Assembly: GCA_002633005.1 (NCBI GenBank)
Contig: NMRA01000289.1
Span: 442,166 to 506,165, forward strand
Direction of reading: 5' to 3'
From: Phoronis australis
Taxonomy: Eukaryota > Animalia > Phoronida
Length of the DNA: 64,000 nucleotides
Shown here: positions 35,653 to 48,000 of the stretch, piece by piece
Position numbering within the stretch: position 1 is the stretch's first letter
Layout: each line of letters starts with the position of its first letter
The notes under the pieces: generated by a model
Told to the model about the DNA's origin: nothing
What the model saw: the letters and a program-made list of their open reading frames with translations, nothing else
Databases searched by the model: none
Position numbers and translations under genes: made by a program

Positions 35653-36099
35653 CTGAGCACAGGTAATTCATCTAGCTTAAAAACTTGGCAACACTTAGCG
35701 GAAACTAGAAACCACACTTGAGTGCACTGTGGGATTAACCGATAAGCTGGGAAAGATTAAGATGACATTATCGGTGAGAAAATTCGTCTGTTTGATGGCA
35801 ACCCCAAAGAGAAATCGCAACCAAAACTTTTGTGTCGCAGCACAACGGTCTGTTGGCTGAGCTACAGCTCGCTCACTGTAAGGACGAGCATTTTAATAGT
35901 CATCAACGTTGATTTCAGAGAATGTCTGACGATTTGTAATAAAAAATCACAACCGATTCTGTTGTTTTAGAGCTCATTAAGTTCATAAGAGGAACTTCAC
36001 CAAAAGTATGCCATTTCAGCACGTATTGGTTTCAAAGTAACAAAAATTACACCAATAAGCTATTTTTGTTACCAATGATCGATTTCAAAATTAAATTTT

Positions 36100-36470
36100 T
36101 GGTTATAAATAGTAGACTCAGTAAAAATAAGATTAAAGATAAAACTCCTTTCGCGGTAAAATCCCATGTAGTGTATAAATTTGATTGTAGTTGTTGTCAT
36201 GAAACTTATATTGGTGAGACGACTCTCTACTTGACTACAAGCAAGGAGTGTATACTTCTACGCTTCTTGCTACAAGGATGAAGGAACACTTAGTTAGCGA
36301 TAAGAATTCACATATCTTTAGACACTGGGAAAACAATGCTGCTTGTAGAGAGGCCGCTGAGGAACACAGCTGTAGTATCATTGGAAGTGATACTAATTAA
36401 TGTCACTAGACACTGTGTGAAGCCATTCACATTCTGTCTTCAGAAACGCCTTCACTCAATGCTCACTGAT
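36100..36470 (+). mobile_element. Penelope-like element fragment (GIY-YIG endonuclease)
   Basis: KDKTPFAVKSHVVYKFDCSCCHETYIGETT then, frameshifted, SHIFRHWENNAAC; VVY...CxxC...YIGET is the Penelope GIY-YIG signature. Confidence 0.8.
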
Positions 36471-37710
36471 GTGTGATTCGCTGATTGCTGTCCAATCCTG
36501 TTTTGGTACTTGTGTGTGTTTTGGAATTTTATTTATTGTACGTGCAGCCATTCCTGGCATCCATTTTCAAAATAAAGCTTGGCAATGGTGGAGGTTTTAC
36601 CGCCGAATTATGTCGCTACATTTTAGAAAAGTTGTTGTCTTTATTCAAACTAGAATCATTAAACTATCCATTTTTTAAAATACACCATCATCACAAAAGC
36701 TTGTTAAGTGCACGACAATGAAGTCCAGATGCTTGAAATCACACGGTTGCATTTTTCTCAAAAGTTACTGTTTTTTATTGAGATAGTCGCATTTTCCACA
36801 GACACAGCAATGTACTACTGAAAAATCCACGCGACCATGTGTTTTTTAGCAAAAGAAAATAAATTAGAAGATACTCTCATTCAATTTCTTTGCAAAGCAA
36901 CTATGTCAATAACAATAACATGATTATATTTCTTTTTCTTGAAAAATTCAAAATGAAATTTCAAAAGCACTGTTGTAGTTTTCTGTAGTTTCGTTTTCCC
37001 TTGGAAATTCATTCATGAAAGTGGAGCATTTTAATTAAAAATAATCCTTAAAAGCGCTTTGAAGAACAGTGCATCGAGCATACTATACGGAAATTTCATA
37101 TGAACCACTCGGTCATTTCTAAGATGCGACAAATGTGAAGAAAGCTAATCTAAGTTTCTTGCGCCAGTTTCGAGTGTCACAGGGTTAATTAGGTCAAGTC
37201 GAAATCGCAAAAGTTCAAACTTAAAAATAAACTAGTGAGCGGTTGAAGCAATCAGTGAAATTGATTTTGTGCATGGTGTCATCGTGTGTAATTAGAACTA
37301 ATTCGCCCTACTTAGAACGAAAAGAAAAGGCTGCTACCACAAATCACGTAACAAAGCATTGGCATGCGGCTTCAACAAGGCAAGAGTCAACCAACCTTGG
37401 TTCGAGACAGAAAAATCGACTAAAATCTATAAAAATGCTTCGATTTAAGTTTCGAATTTCACAAGATTCCAAACATTTGACTTTCATGTGACCCCGTAAT
37501 CTAATCTTCACACTTGAGTACAAACTCCAACTTTAGTTTTTACATTATCCGATTAGTTTTATAAACTAAGATTTAGATAAATGTCTTTGGTGTATTATGA
37601 TTTGAGCAGATGAGTAAGCCAACATTGCACTTGATAACCTAAACATTAAATGTACAAATTTAAGATTCACTAACTGTACATGTCAACCACTACGGGAATT
37701 ACAGAAATTC

Positions 37711-38029
37711 CCGTGGCGGACCTAGGATACCATGAGGGGGCAACATTTTGTCTCGGGCAATCACGCAAAGCACGATTGCATGCACGCACCTAGCCTAAAA
37801 TGTAGGCGGTTCGAATTTCTCGGAATGTGGACATTTTCCTAAAATACGAATGAATGACTAAAAAACGGGATTGAGAACGCTTGCTAAATCTGTACTCAGC
37901 CGCATGTTCATTACCAGGGTTAGGGTTAATTAATAAACTTAATATTTCCTTACGCTCTTGCCGTTTTATTTTTTGGCGGTAGCCAAGGGAAGGGGGTCCG
38001 GGATCCTTGCCCCCCTAAATCCGCCTACG
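37711..38029. mobile_element. hAT-like MITE remnant
   Basis: CCGTGGCGGACCTAGG ... CCCCCCTAAATCCGCCTACG imperfect TIRs; no TSD found. Confidence 0.4.
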
Positions 38030-39124
38030 TATTATATTTAATTGCTACGTAATTTTGCCTTTCGTGTAGTGCCACGGCTTCGCACCAAAATGCTACGTAT
38101 TTTCGGTAATTAATACGACGTTCATAATAAAGTTTTCAAACCTTCGGTTTTGGTTTTACTGGGAATCTCTTTTGTCGAAATATTCTCATACCACAAAACT
38201 TGCTCGGTGGGGCCAAAAGAGTTACCAAGGAGTATAACAACATTTACAGTTAGTAAATGCAAGAGACTCTAGTACATGTAGGTAAGTAGGGACACACAAC
38301 CATATTTGACTCGTTCTCGTCTTTGCTATGGTTTGCTATTCTTTCTGTACAAAACTTGTTACTGCTGGAACAAAAAATAGTTGACATGCTTGTGGATTTG
38401 AGCTCTCGAGATTTGTTGCGTGCATCCAGCGGTCATCACGTACCACATTGAATTATGTAGCTTAAATAGCAAGACATTCATGTTCCATTTAGACCACCTA
38501 CGGCACTAGAGTTCGTCTCAACTTGTTGTGAGTTACTCAGATTAGTTATAACGTTGGTTTTGTAAGGGACTGACATTTCATTTCTCCTTGCAGACCATGT
38601 TCGCCGCACACAATGATACTTCGTGACAAGCTAACTTGTGGAGCCTCCGAGGCTCTAGCAGTAACAGACTATCAGTTCTTTTAGAGCGTTGATATCACCT
38701 ATAACTAAGGCACTGTACGGGACCAATTTCAAAATTGCAAGTGGTGTTTTTGTGATGGAAGGCAGATTATTCGCGCTTTTTAAAATTACAATCCGGGAAA
38801 CGCCATCAACATCAATTATGTATACACGTTTCAAATTAGTTATCTGATATTCTGTTATCGAAAGGTTTGAGCATTACGGGATATTTACAAATATTTATGA
38901 GAACCTAAATACAATAAAAGTACAACATTAGAAGTTATTAGCTTGAGGGAATTCTATAGAACAGAAATATCAAACTGAACTGGAGTTCGACTTTGTATCC
39001 GGAGCAAAAAGTAAAGTAAAAATAAAGTTTATTTAAAGTCTAGTTCAGGTATAAAACTCTAGCACAATACTAGATTTCCGACGACAAAAATACGCCCAAA
39101 TGATATTTACAACATTTAAAGGAG

Positions 39125-39867
39125 TGTCACGTTTTTCCCCGTGTGTGGGTGGGCGCAGGTTGTTACAGACCGGTGCTAATACCTTTCGGTGTGAAGATTG
39201 ACTGAAGACTGGTTCGAGTTAATCCTTTATTAATCCCGACCGTACGTTCACCAGCCTACTCAAACAAAACGTCCGACGTAATGTCTGTTTATGCTCCAGC
39301 CTCGACTTGTGCTGAACTTCTGAGATACTTCCAGCAACTGCTACACTCGTTGATTCAATAACCTGCTGTCTCTATAGCTGGCTCTCTATTGACTATCGCT
39401 GAAACTGCTGATTCTCTTCACTGCAACTCAACTGTAGTTCTCCTTATAAACTTTCTTGAACTGGCTTGATCTCTCGACTTGATTTTCTTGGACTAAACTA
39501 ACTAACACAAACCCGTGCTTGTGTATTTATAGCCTAATGCATTGTTTTAAAACTTTTCATCAATTCAAGCACATACCAGAACTTTCTGGAACTTACCCAA
39601 TCATTCTACAAACATGTACTAGTCTCTAGAGTATTCCAGACTGCATTAATCACTGTCATGCTAGAGTATTCTAGAAAGTTCCACACTATACTGCAGTAAA
39701 CAAATTACATCATCACTATTCTGACCTCAGTCTTCTAGAAAGTTCCACACTATTTTGTAGTAAACAAATTACATCATCACTGTACTTAACTCAGGGGTCA
39801 TGCCAATCAAACAGAATAACAAAACAAAACAATGCAACTAAAAATACTGTCAGACTATATTCTGACA
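39125..39867 (-). mobile_element. Solo LTR (743 bp) of an LTR retrotransposon
   Basis: TGTCA...TGACA termini; 5-bp TSD AGGAG (39120-39124, 39868-39872); on - TATAAAT (39531-39525) precedes AATAAA (39231-39226). Confidence 0.88.
39578..39746 (-). promoter_or_regulatory. Cluster of heat-shock elements in the LTR U3 region
   Basis: GAActTTCtgGAA (39579-39591), TTCtaGAAagTTC (39669-39681 and 39733-39745): three perfect three-unit nGAAn inverted arrays, plus a degenerate one near 39624. Confidence 0.7.
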
Positions 39868-42800
39868 AGGAGCATGCCACCCCAAAAACAACCTAATTTG
39901 TATCAATTTAGATCGAGTAGTTGCACTCCATAACGACACGTACATGTACGGTTGCGTTACCTGACACCTGACGGATGTGTTGAAATTATCCAATGACGTC
40001 ATCGGTTTCACACGCAGTCTGTTCAACAGTTCACAACACGGGTTACTGATGTCAGCTTATGGCTTGAAGTCATCGTTTAACACCAACAAATCATCAAAAT
40101 TCGGTGTAAAACCCTTAAAAATACACCGAGTTCTTACAAAAACGTGTTGTTTTATTTCGCTCTTACGGATTTATTGGTATTCGGACACACCGTAGCCTAA
40201 AAAGTTCGGCAGGACAATAAGGTCCGTAGCAGGAGTTCGGGGTCTGTTCGGAGATAATTTCGAAGTATTTTCCGTGAGATACAGACAGGAGAACCTAGGT
40301 CTGTGTTGTTTAGACTTGTCATTTTTGAGTTCTAAACACAAAACTCTGGCCAGTAGCTCGGAGCCCGATCACGCCCGTCGCGGCCAATGGCTCGGAAACT
40401 GATCAGACATCACGAACATAAACCAGCCAAAGTTCAGTGGAAACTAAACTTTCAGTCAAGAAAATACAAATCTAGTAAGCCAAAGTAATGTGCACCTGAT
40501 TATGTTTGTGAATTAGCCACGAAACTGCAAATCTACTTACTCGTCGGGGGCCGCGAATTCAGGTTCCGCTTTGCAGGCCACAGCATCGTCAGGGCAGAAG
40601 TTGTACATTGACAATCATTATTTGAGTAATGTAAATGTAAATAAAAATTCCCCTAACACCTGGCTGTGGGATGGAAATCGAGTTGTTTCACAACAGTTTC
40701 ATCCAGCAAACACTAAATTAGCATGAGCTTACACGGCCTCGGTGTCCCGTCGATTAGTTTTCCACCTAAAGCCGGTAACGCAGTGATTTATTCATTGCTG
40801 GCTTCTCAAATCATTTGCACTCACGAACACTCCAAAGGCATTACAAATTTCATCTAATGAGACAGACTTTGTTTCAGTTTTACATAAGTATTGGTTAGGG
40901 TGAGAATAATTTATTTTGAAACAGAACGCTCAGTAATAAACGCCAACATGGCAACTCGCAATCCCGACTTAGGACGAGCTAGAGCTCATCCGTCCCGACT
41001 TCACAGGTGGATCGTAAGTTTTACAGGCTATCAATTCGAACAGGAATACAGTGATGAAGAAATACTAGAGAGGCGAGGTGAACAAGTTCAGACATCGGAA
41101 CGTATGGAGTTATTTGGTAAGCCGGCATTCGTCAGGCACTGTCGACGTTTGCAGGCCACAGACACGGAGGTGTTTCACGGCCTCATACTTGCTATTTTCA
41201 GCGTACATTTCATTCTTCACTACCATGAGCCACTTCCTACGCATTTCGGACTCTCGAGGAAGTAAAAAAAACGATATACCGGCTTTCCTCGCAGCTGCTT
41301 AGTTCGGACAAGCAGGAACAATGCACGCCGCAACATAGCGGCATTCACTCTTCATATGAACCACTGACGTCGCTAGCGTCGTTTCTCACCTTCCTCACAG
41401 GTTAACGCGACACCTCCTGGCATGGTAAGGTCGACCGTATGCGAGGCGCAGTGGATATAGACCGATTAAGACGACAAAAAGACTAATTAAATCGGGTGGC
41501 ATTCTCCTTTAATTTACTAATGACAAACTCAGCTGCCCTGTTCAACGTATTGAGAAAAATACTACAAATGTCTTGCAGCAACATTCGACAAATGAAGTTT
41601 TGAATTTATGACGGCCAACTGAAAACCATTTAGAACATTTATGTCTTTTAATATTATTAGGGAAACGATTCCACGTCTTAAGGTCATATAGGATCGTATC
41701 GACAATCCTCTGCACTTACCAAAAGATCTAGACAAGTATACATGTAGATTTAATTGAGTAAAAGCAAATATTCTTGAAAGAACAAAGCCTGTAGCATTTG
41801 TTCTTTTTGACTTTTAACCACGTAGTTCTGTAAAACTTAGTGAAATTGATAGTACGTGTACAGTAAAACAATGGCATCTATAACATGGTAAAATTTATTG
41901 GATGTGAATGATCAAGGTGAGATTTTGAAAATTCTGTGATAGTTTTCTAAAAAAATAATTTCGTTTTCGTTTGATGCAACTTCAAAGATTTTCCTGAAAG
42001 TCACGATAGCCCTATCTTATGACAGCGCCTCATGCAAAAAACGAAACATTTTAAAAGCATCAGTGCATAAAACAAAGTATCTGAAAAATTCATATGAATT
42101 TAATAAGCCATCTCTGAGATGTGATGTTCCGAAGTCAGCAAAATTTGGATTTTTATAGGGTGCTTCATAACCATAACTAAATCATGCAACACGAACGTTT
42201 TTCTCATGGGACAATTTTCTTGCGAAAGTTGTACTCTGAAAAATTTCAGGGTTATCATTCATATGGTTTGTTTCAAACCACATAACAGGTAGGTTTCTAC
42301 ATTCATTAACTTCGCTTTGTTTCACTGAATACGAACAAAAAGTATTGCAAACAACTATGTCAATTGTGGGGCAATGAGTAGAAAAATATTAATGAATACA
42401 CTGGAGAGAATTCCAAGATCCAAGACTTGAGGGACTTCTATGGTAGCATTCATCTTCATAATTTTGGAATCACCGACCTGAAATTTTGGCTTGGATAAAA
42501 TTGGTATGAGAACGATAACTTTTGTTATCATTAGAGATATAGCATAGGCAATTACCTTAAATGTTACTTTGCATCTACGGGTTTGGAGAGTTATGGTTAC
42601 ACGGACCGGGTCACGTAGGTTTATTCCATTTCAGAATTTAGTCAGATATTAAATGACTGTGCCGTACAAAATTGTCACTCTGTAATTATTAGTCCGACTA
42701 AATATCAACTCTACTTTACTACCAAAACAGAGCTACATGTATAGTGCGAAAAATACCTGTAGGATTTAGACCCCTACCTAAAGAAAATGCTTGTTCGTTT

Positions 42801-43372
42801 GATGCAGGGCAACACGCAGGTGAGGGAATTTGTGAGATATGCAATATTGGCAAAATTGAAATCGAGATTGTTTATGTAACAGCAGCTTGTCCTCGGTGAT
42901 GGGAGCAGACATTTGCTGTCGAATGTGACCGATGTTCCCAGATTAGATAGATTATATCAAAATCTTGATCTTTATGAACTAAAAAGCCTGACAAACGTAA
43001 ACAACTAAAATTTCCACTAGTGGGTAACAGCCGCATTCGGATTTGGGTCAGTCCGAAACTCGTCGTCATCGGTCTTCAGTCACATAGAAACACACCTATC
43101 AAATTTCAATAAAATTCTGCAAGGGGTTCAGGAGATACATCCATGTTCACCGGCGCCCAGACAGAGAAGGCGGCATTAATCATCTACATATTGAGAAAAA
43201 GAATTCATTACAGTGGCCAGTGTTACTTGAACAGAGCCAACTGGACTTATTAGTCACTTTAAACAAAATACAGGAACAGCAATGAGCATAAATACAGTAT
43301 TTGGGGGCATCAATGTGCAGCGATTCCGAAAAAGAACCACACGGGGATTTTTTATGGGGGGGGGGGGGGCTT

Positions 43373-43404
43373 NNNNNNNNNNNNNNNNNNNNNNNNNNNN
43401 NNNN
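43373..43404. other. Assembly gap
   Basis: N run. Confidence 1.
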
Positions 43405-44944
43405 AATTGTACATGTGTTAGAAGTCATTCTTTTTATTTCAAAAGCAGAAGAATTTGATGAGTAGTGAATTTAATTCTTGCACTTTTGCATGCCTAAAAT
43501 TTCCATTTTACCATCGTCATTTTCAAACACATTTCATTTTTCACAGCAAGGTGTGACACCTATTCAATGAAAACTGCAAGAAAATTTGTTACGAAGGCAA
43601 AGATTCATCTCCCACTAATCCATACAACTGAAGTAAATTCGTGACTTGCACAGCTTCTAAAACATATTTTCTTCAAAGCGTTTATGAAGAGTCCGTCTAC
43701 TCCAAGTATTACTCCTAGGCAAATACATTCAATAAATCAAGCCAGCCTAGAACTCAATACAAGTTTAATTGCCGTTTTAATTACTCATGACCTACTCAAA
43801 TGAAAATCACTCAGTGGACAAATGATCTTTTAATGACTGTTGTTATTTCTGGATAATAACGAAGTTAGCAATAAAGTCATTTGTCTTTAGTGTCAGTAGC
43901 TAGTCAGGGCGTAAAATTAGGTTCTTCTCTATAAGCAATGTTGAAATTCGAGTATATGTGTCATTGTTGTGTATACATCGTTTAAGGAAACAACAAATAA
44001 CGAGGAGGGGTTGCCATTCTGCAATCCTAGACAAAACCATATTTAAAATGATGTCGAATTCTTTCCACAGACAATACCCGGCAAAGCAAAACACCCAATC
44101 AATTTACATGTACATGTAAATTGTCCCACCGACCCTCCTATTGGGGAGATTACCCAGACAAATAATAGAAAGCTTTGGCCTTGCCTTGGCAACTCTTTAC
44201 TCAGAGTGAAGGACAGCCATGTCTTTTCTTAAACCTTTACTGCTTGCAAGCTGGAAGTTGAAATTTAACAGGAAATTTGCGTACCCTTCACAATCTTTGG
44301 ATTTAATTGTGAAAAATATAGCTGGTCGACACCCACGTTTCACCTGATTTATGTAATGCAGGGAGGTTTTGCAGTATGAATACGTTGTCTCTCAGTTCAC
44401 AGTAATTACATGCAAATGGTGGCTTTGGGGTGAAAACTGCAGATTTTGCGTATTTTTGCTCGTTTTTTCACGTAGTCGGCTGCACTTCCGGTAGTCACAA
44501 AAAGGTGAAAAAATGAATTAGATGAATTAGTTTCAATAGACTTTGATCAAGGTTTTTTTTTGGCTCATTATACTGCTCACATTTTTAAGTTTTGTACAGC
44601 CTGTTGGACCTGACTGGTTTTTCAAGTTCGAGATCATGAAAAACTAGCGTACGTTCTATAACGCTAGGACCTACTCTAGGACCTAGCTAAAATCTAGCCA
44701 AAGCCACGTGTGTTTTCATTTAAAATACAAGGCAATATCAAACGAAATCTCCCAAATACTGGCTTTATAGCAAGGTCCTAGCGTTATTGAAACACGGAAC
44801 GGGAAGAGTTCCAACCAAACACAGTCGTACGAAAAGACGCTAACAACACAACGGCGTTAATGTAACACGTGTCGCCGCAATATATTCCATGTATAAAAAT
44901 CAGCTCGATCTCCTCTACAATATTGGCGGTGATTGTATCGCCAA

Positions 44945-45030
44945 TTAAGTGGATGCCACAGAAATACGTTCCATCGGCAATTGCTGTGCAATCTTCTGGC
45001 CGTGATGCTCAGGCACATATAGTCCACACA
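44945..45030 (-). CDS. TLR-B coding exon 7 (post-TIR tail)
   Basis: VCGLYVPEHHGQKIAQQLPMERISVAST*; 86 nt. Confidence 0.8.
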
Positions 45031-48000
45031 CTAAAACGAGATCAATAACACACAGTAATACTTCAGTCATACATTCAAAAGCGAGTGAAATGGACAACTT
45101 ACTTCATCTCGACTAAATATGCATGGGTTGGCTACAAAGAACATGAACATCACTTATCTCTGAAGATATTTTGGCATTGGATTGAAGGTAGATTCACACT
45201 TGGGTCTACAGATGCACTAATGTCGAAACGGACCGACAACATGTGAAAAACGGTTTGTTGAAACAATTAGTAGTATCAGGTGGAGCCGATAACCTTTTTT
45301 CCGGCTGGTAACTAGGCAAGAATCCTTTTACACTACATAAGGTGTTCCATTACAGGACGTCCTGAATGTTTGCCCTTGCTCTCCTGAAATTCTAGGGATT
45401 TTAAGCCAACGCTCGATTCTAAGTCAAATACTCACCCCCTGGTAACGTACTTAAAGTCTTGAAATCCATGTACAGCAAATTACGTTCATGCGTAAGGACC
45501 CGAGAAGGGTTAACCGACTTTTTTACTGTTCTGTCGGCACCAGACAATGGTGTATGATCAGCCCACTATTGTTTATCATGTATCTGAACGAATTTATCGA
45601 AGTCCCAGATAATGCCCAAAACATTAAAGGGATTTATACCAATGAAGAGGCTCCTCACGTCAAATTGCTGTTGTATGCTGATGACATGGTTCTGTGTTCG
45701 AGCACTCAAATTAATTTGCAAAGAATGTTAAATTGCCTTTATGATTATTGCTCTTCTTGGGGCATGAGTGTAAGTCTGAAAAAAAAACTAAGATCGTTGT
45801 TTTTAGAAATGGCGGGCCACTCAGAGCGTATGAGAAGTGGTATTATGGAAACCAAGTAGTGGAGATTGTCTCCCAATATAAATATCTTGGGATATTTTTC
45901 ACACCAAGATTAGTTTGGTCCGAAGCGACTAAAAATCTGGCACGTCAAGGTAGTAAAGCTGCTATGTCCATCTCTAAAATTAGAAACCGGTGCACGGAAT
46001 TACCATTGAGCCTATCACTGGAACTGTTTGATAAAATTGCTGTACCAACTATGTGTTACGGCGCGGAAATCTGGAGATTCAAAGAATATGACTGGCTTGA
46101 AAATGTTTATGTTAAATTCTGTAAAATTGCTCTTGGAGTTGGAAACTGTTGCTCAAACGCAGCTGTGTTGGGTGAATGTGGAATTTATCCGCTCTATGCA
46201 AAGTATTATGTCACGTGTGTAAAATATTGGCTAAAGTTATTGAAAATGCCACCTACTAGATACGGTAAAGCGGCTTATGACATGTTAGTTGATTTAGATA
46301 GGAATGGTAGAAATACTTGGGTATCTTCTGTTAGACAATTGCTATCGAAATACGGTTTTATGAAATTTGGTTGAATCAAGGTGTCACGTGCGATGTCTCG
46401 TTTCTAAGTTTTTTCGCGCAAAGAGTTAATGACTGTTATGAACAAGGTTGGCGATCAGAAATTGAGCATAACGCAAAACTTAAATTCTACTGTAACTTTA
46501 AGACTCTGTACTGGTTTGAACCATATCCTAAGTTACCGCTACACAATAGTCTTATTCAAGCGTTTACTCGTTTACGTTGCTCCAACCACAGACTACAAGT
46601 GGAAGTGGGTAGACACGAGAAAGTGGATTATTACAATAGATTATGTACAGGGCTTGCAATGATGGTCTTGTAGAGGATGAATACCATTTCCTGTTGGTTT
46701 GCAAGGGATATTGTGAACTTAGGTCACGTTTTATGAAGGAAGCTCAATGGAAACATCCAACTCAAGAATCCTGTATACGCCTGCTCGCTAATCCAGATAT
46801 CTCTGCTGTTAAATATGTGTATTTTGCCCATAAAAGACGAGAACAACTCTTAAATGGGTTGACTGCTTGTGCAAATGTGCCTGATTAATTGTTTTGTTTA
46901 TTGTACTTTGGGCCAGAGGCCTTCAATACAAATAAAAGTATAATTATTATTATTATTATATTACTCACCCCCTGTGTCAATCTGAATGCCATTTTTACTG
47001 GTGATTGCTAAGGCAACATTTCTCCAGAAAGTGAACATGTTCGCAGCATTTTCGTTATCTGGCCACAGCAGGTATGTGTCGTCTGCCATTAGGTATCTCA
47101 GTTTCCGGTTCAACCTGATAGTAATGAAGATAGTCGATGCAGTGGTTACAGTAATGGTACAAATACCACTTAATCATCAACATCAAGTAATTATATAGTA
47201 ATTAAAAATAGCCAAAGCAAGTTATAATTCGTGTTGATTGAAGGTCTTTTGTATGAGAGACTATCGAAAAAATCATTTAGATAACCTATCATTTAATCAA
47301 TATGAATTATCTAACGATTATATACTAGCTAAAGTTATGTATAGAACATTAACATCCCAATAACTACTTGCATCTGTAGTGAGAATGAAAAGTTAGAGAA
47401 TTGCAAAGTAGAAGAATGTAACGATAGCTTTCAGCATAAATGGTAAAAAACAAAGAAAAATAGATAATTTCCACCTTTTCATTTCTATAGACCACCGGAC
47501 ACAGAGATCATGACACTTTCACTACCGACTGTCCACTCATTGTTTGTGATATAGAACTTTCTCAGAAAGATATCGGTGGACATCCGCATTCGTAAAAAGC
47601 TGGAGCAGCGTTTGACAACAGAAGTACATAGCAACTTTACTGAGATTTTACAACTGGCAAGACAACAAGCTGTTCGTAAGATTACATATTAACGGATGCT
47701 TATTCAATAAATATTCTTTACAAAAACTATCAACATAGGAATGTGAAAAAAACTACTGAGTTACTATAGGTTCGGCAAAGTTTGACAATCGACCATCTTT
47801 GGGATAAGTGGCCAGTTGCACGTAAAAGGGTCAATAGGAACTAAACTGTGTTTCTTAAATTTTCAGGGCATTTATGGAATTTGTGCAAACAATAGTTATC
47901 CTCTCTTCCGCTGACTGATGTTCATTGTCATGTTCTAGCTTTGATACATATGGAGAACAAGCTATTTGTTGACATCTACATATTAATGAAAATAAATGCA

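Larger units (their letters stand above)
39120..41508. mobile_element. Kolobok-type non-autonomous DNA transposon, copy 2 (TTAA TSD, 15-bp TIR), interrupted by a solo LTR
   Basis: TTAA at 39116-39119 and 41509-41512; TIR AGGAGCATGCCACCC / GGGTGGCATTCTCCT; THAP remnant on - (CIVPACPN*...ISFFLLPRESEMRRKWL...LRVCGL) at about 41150-41330. Confidence 0.85.
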
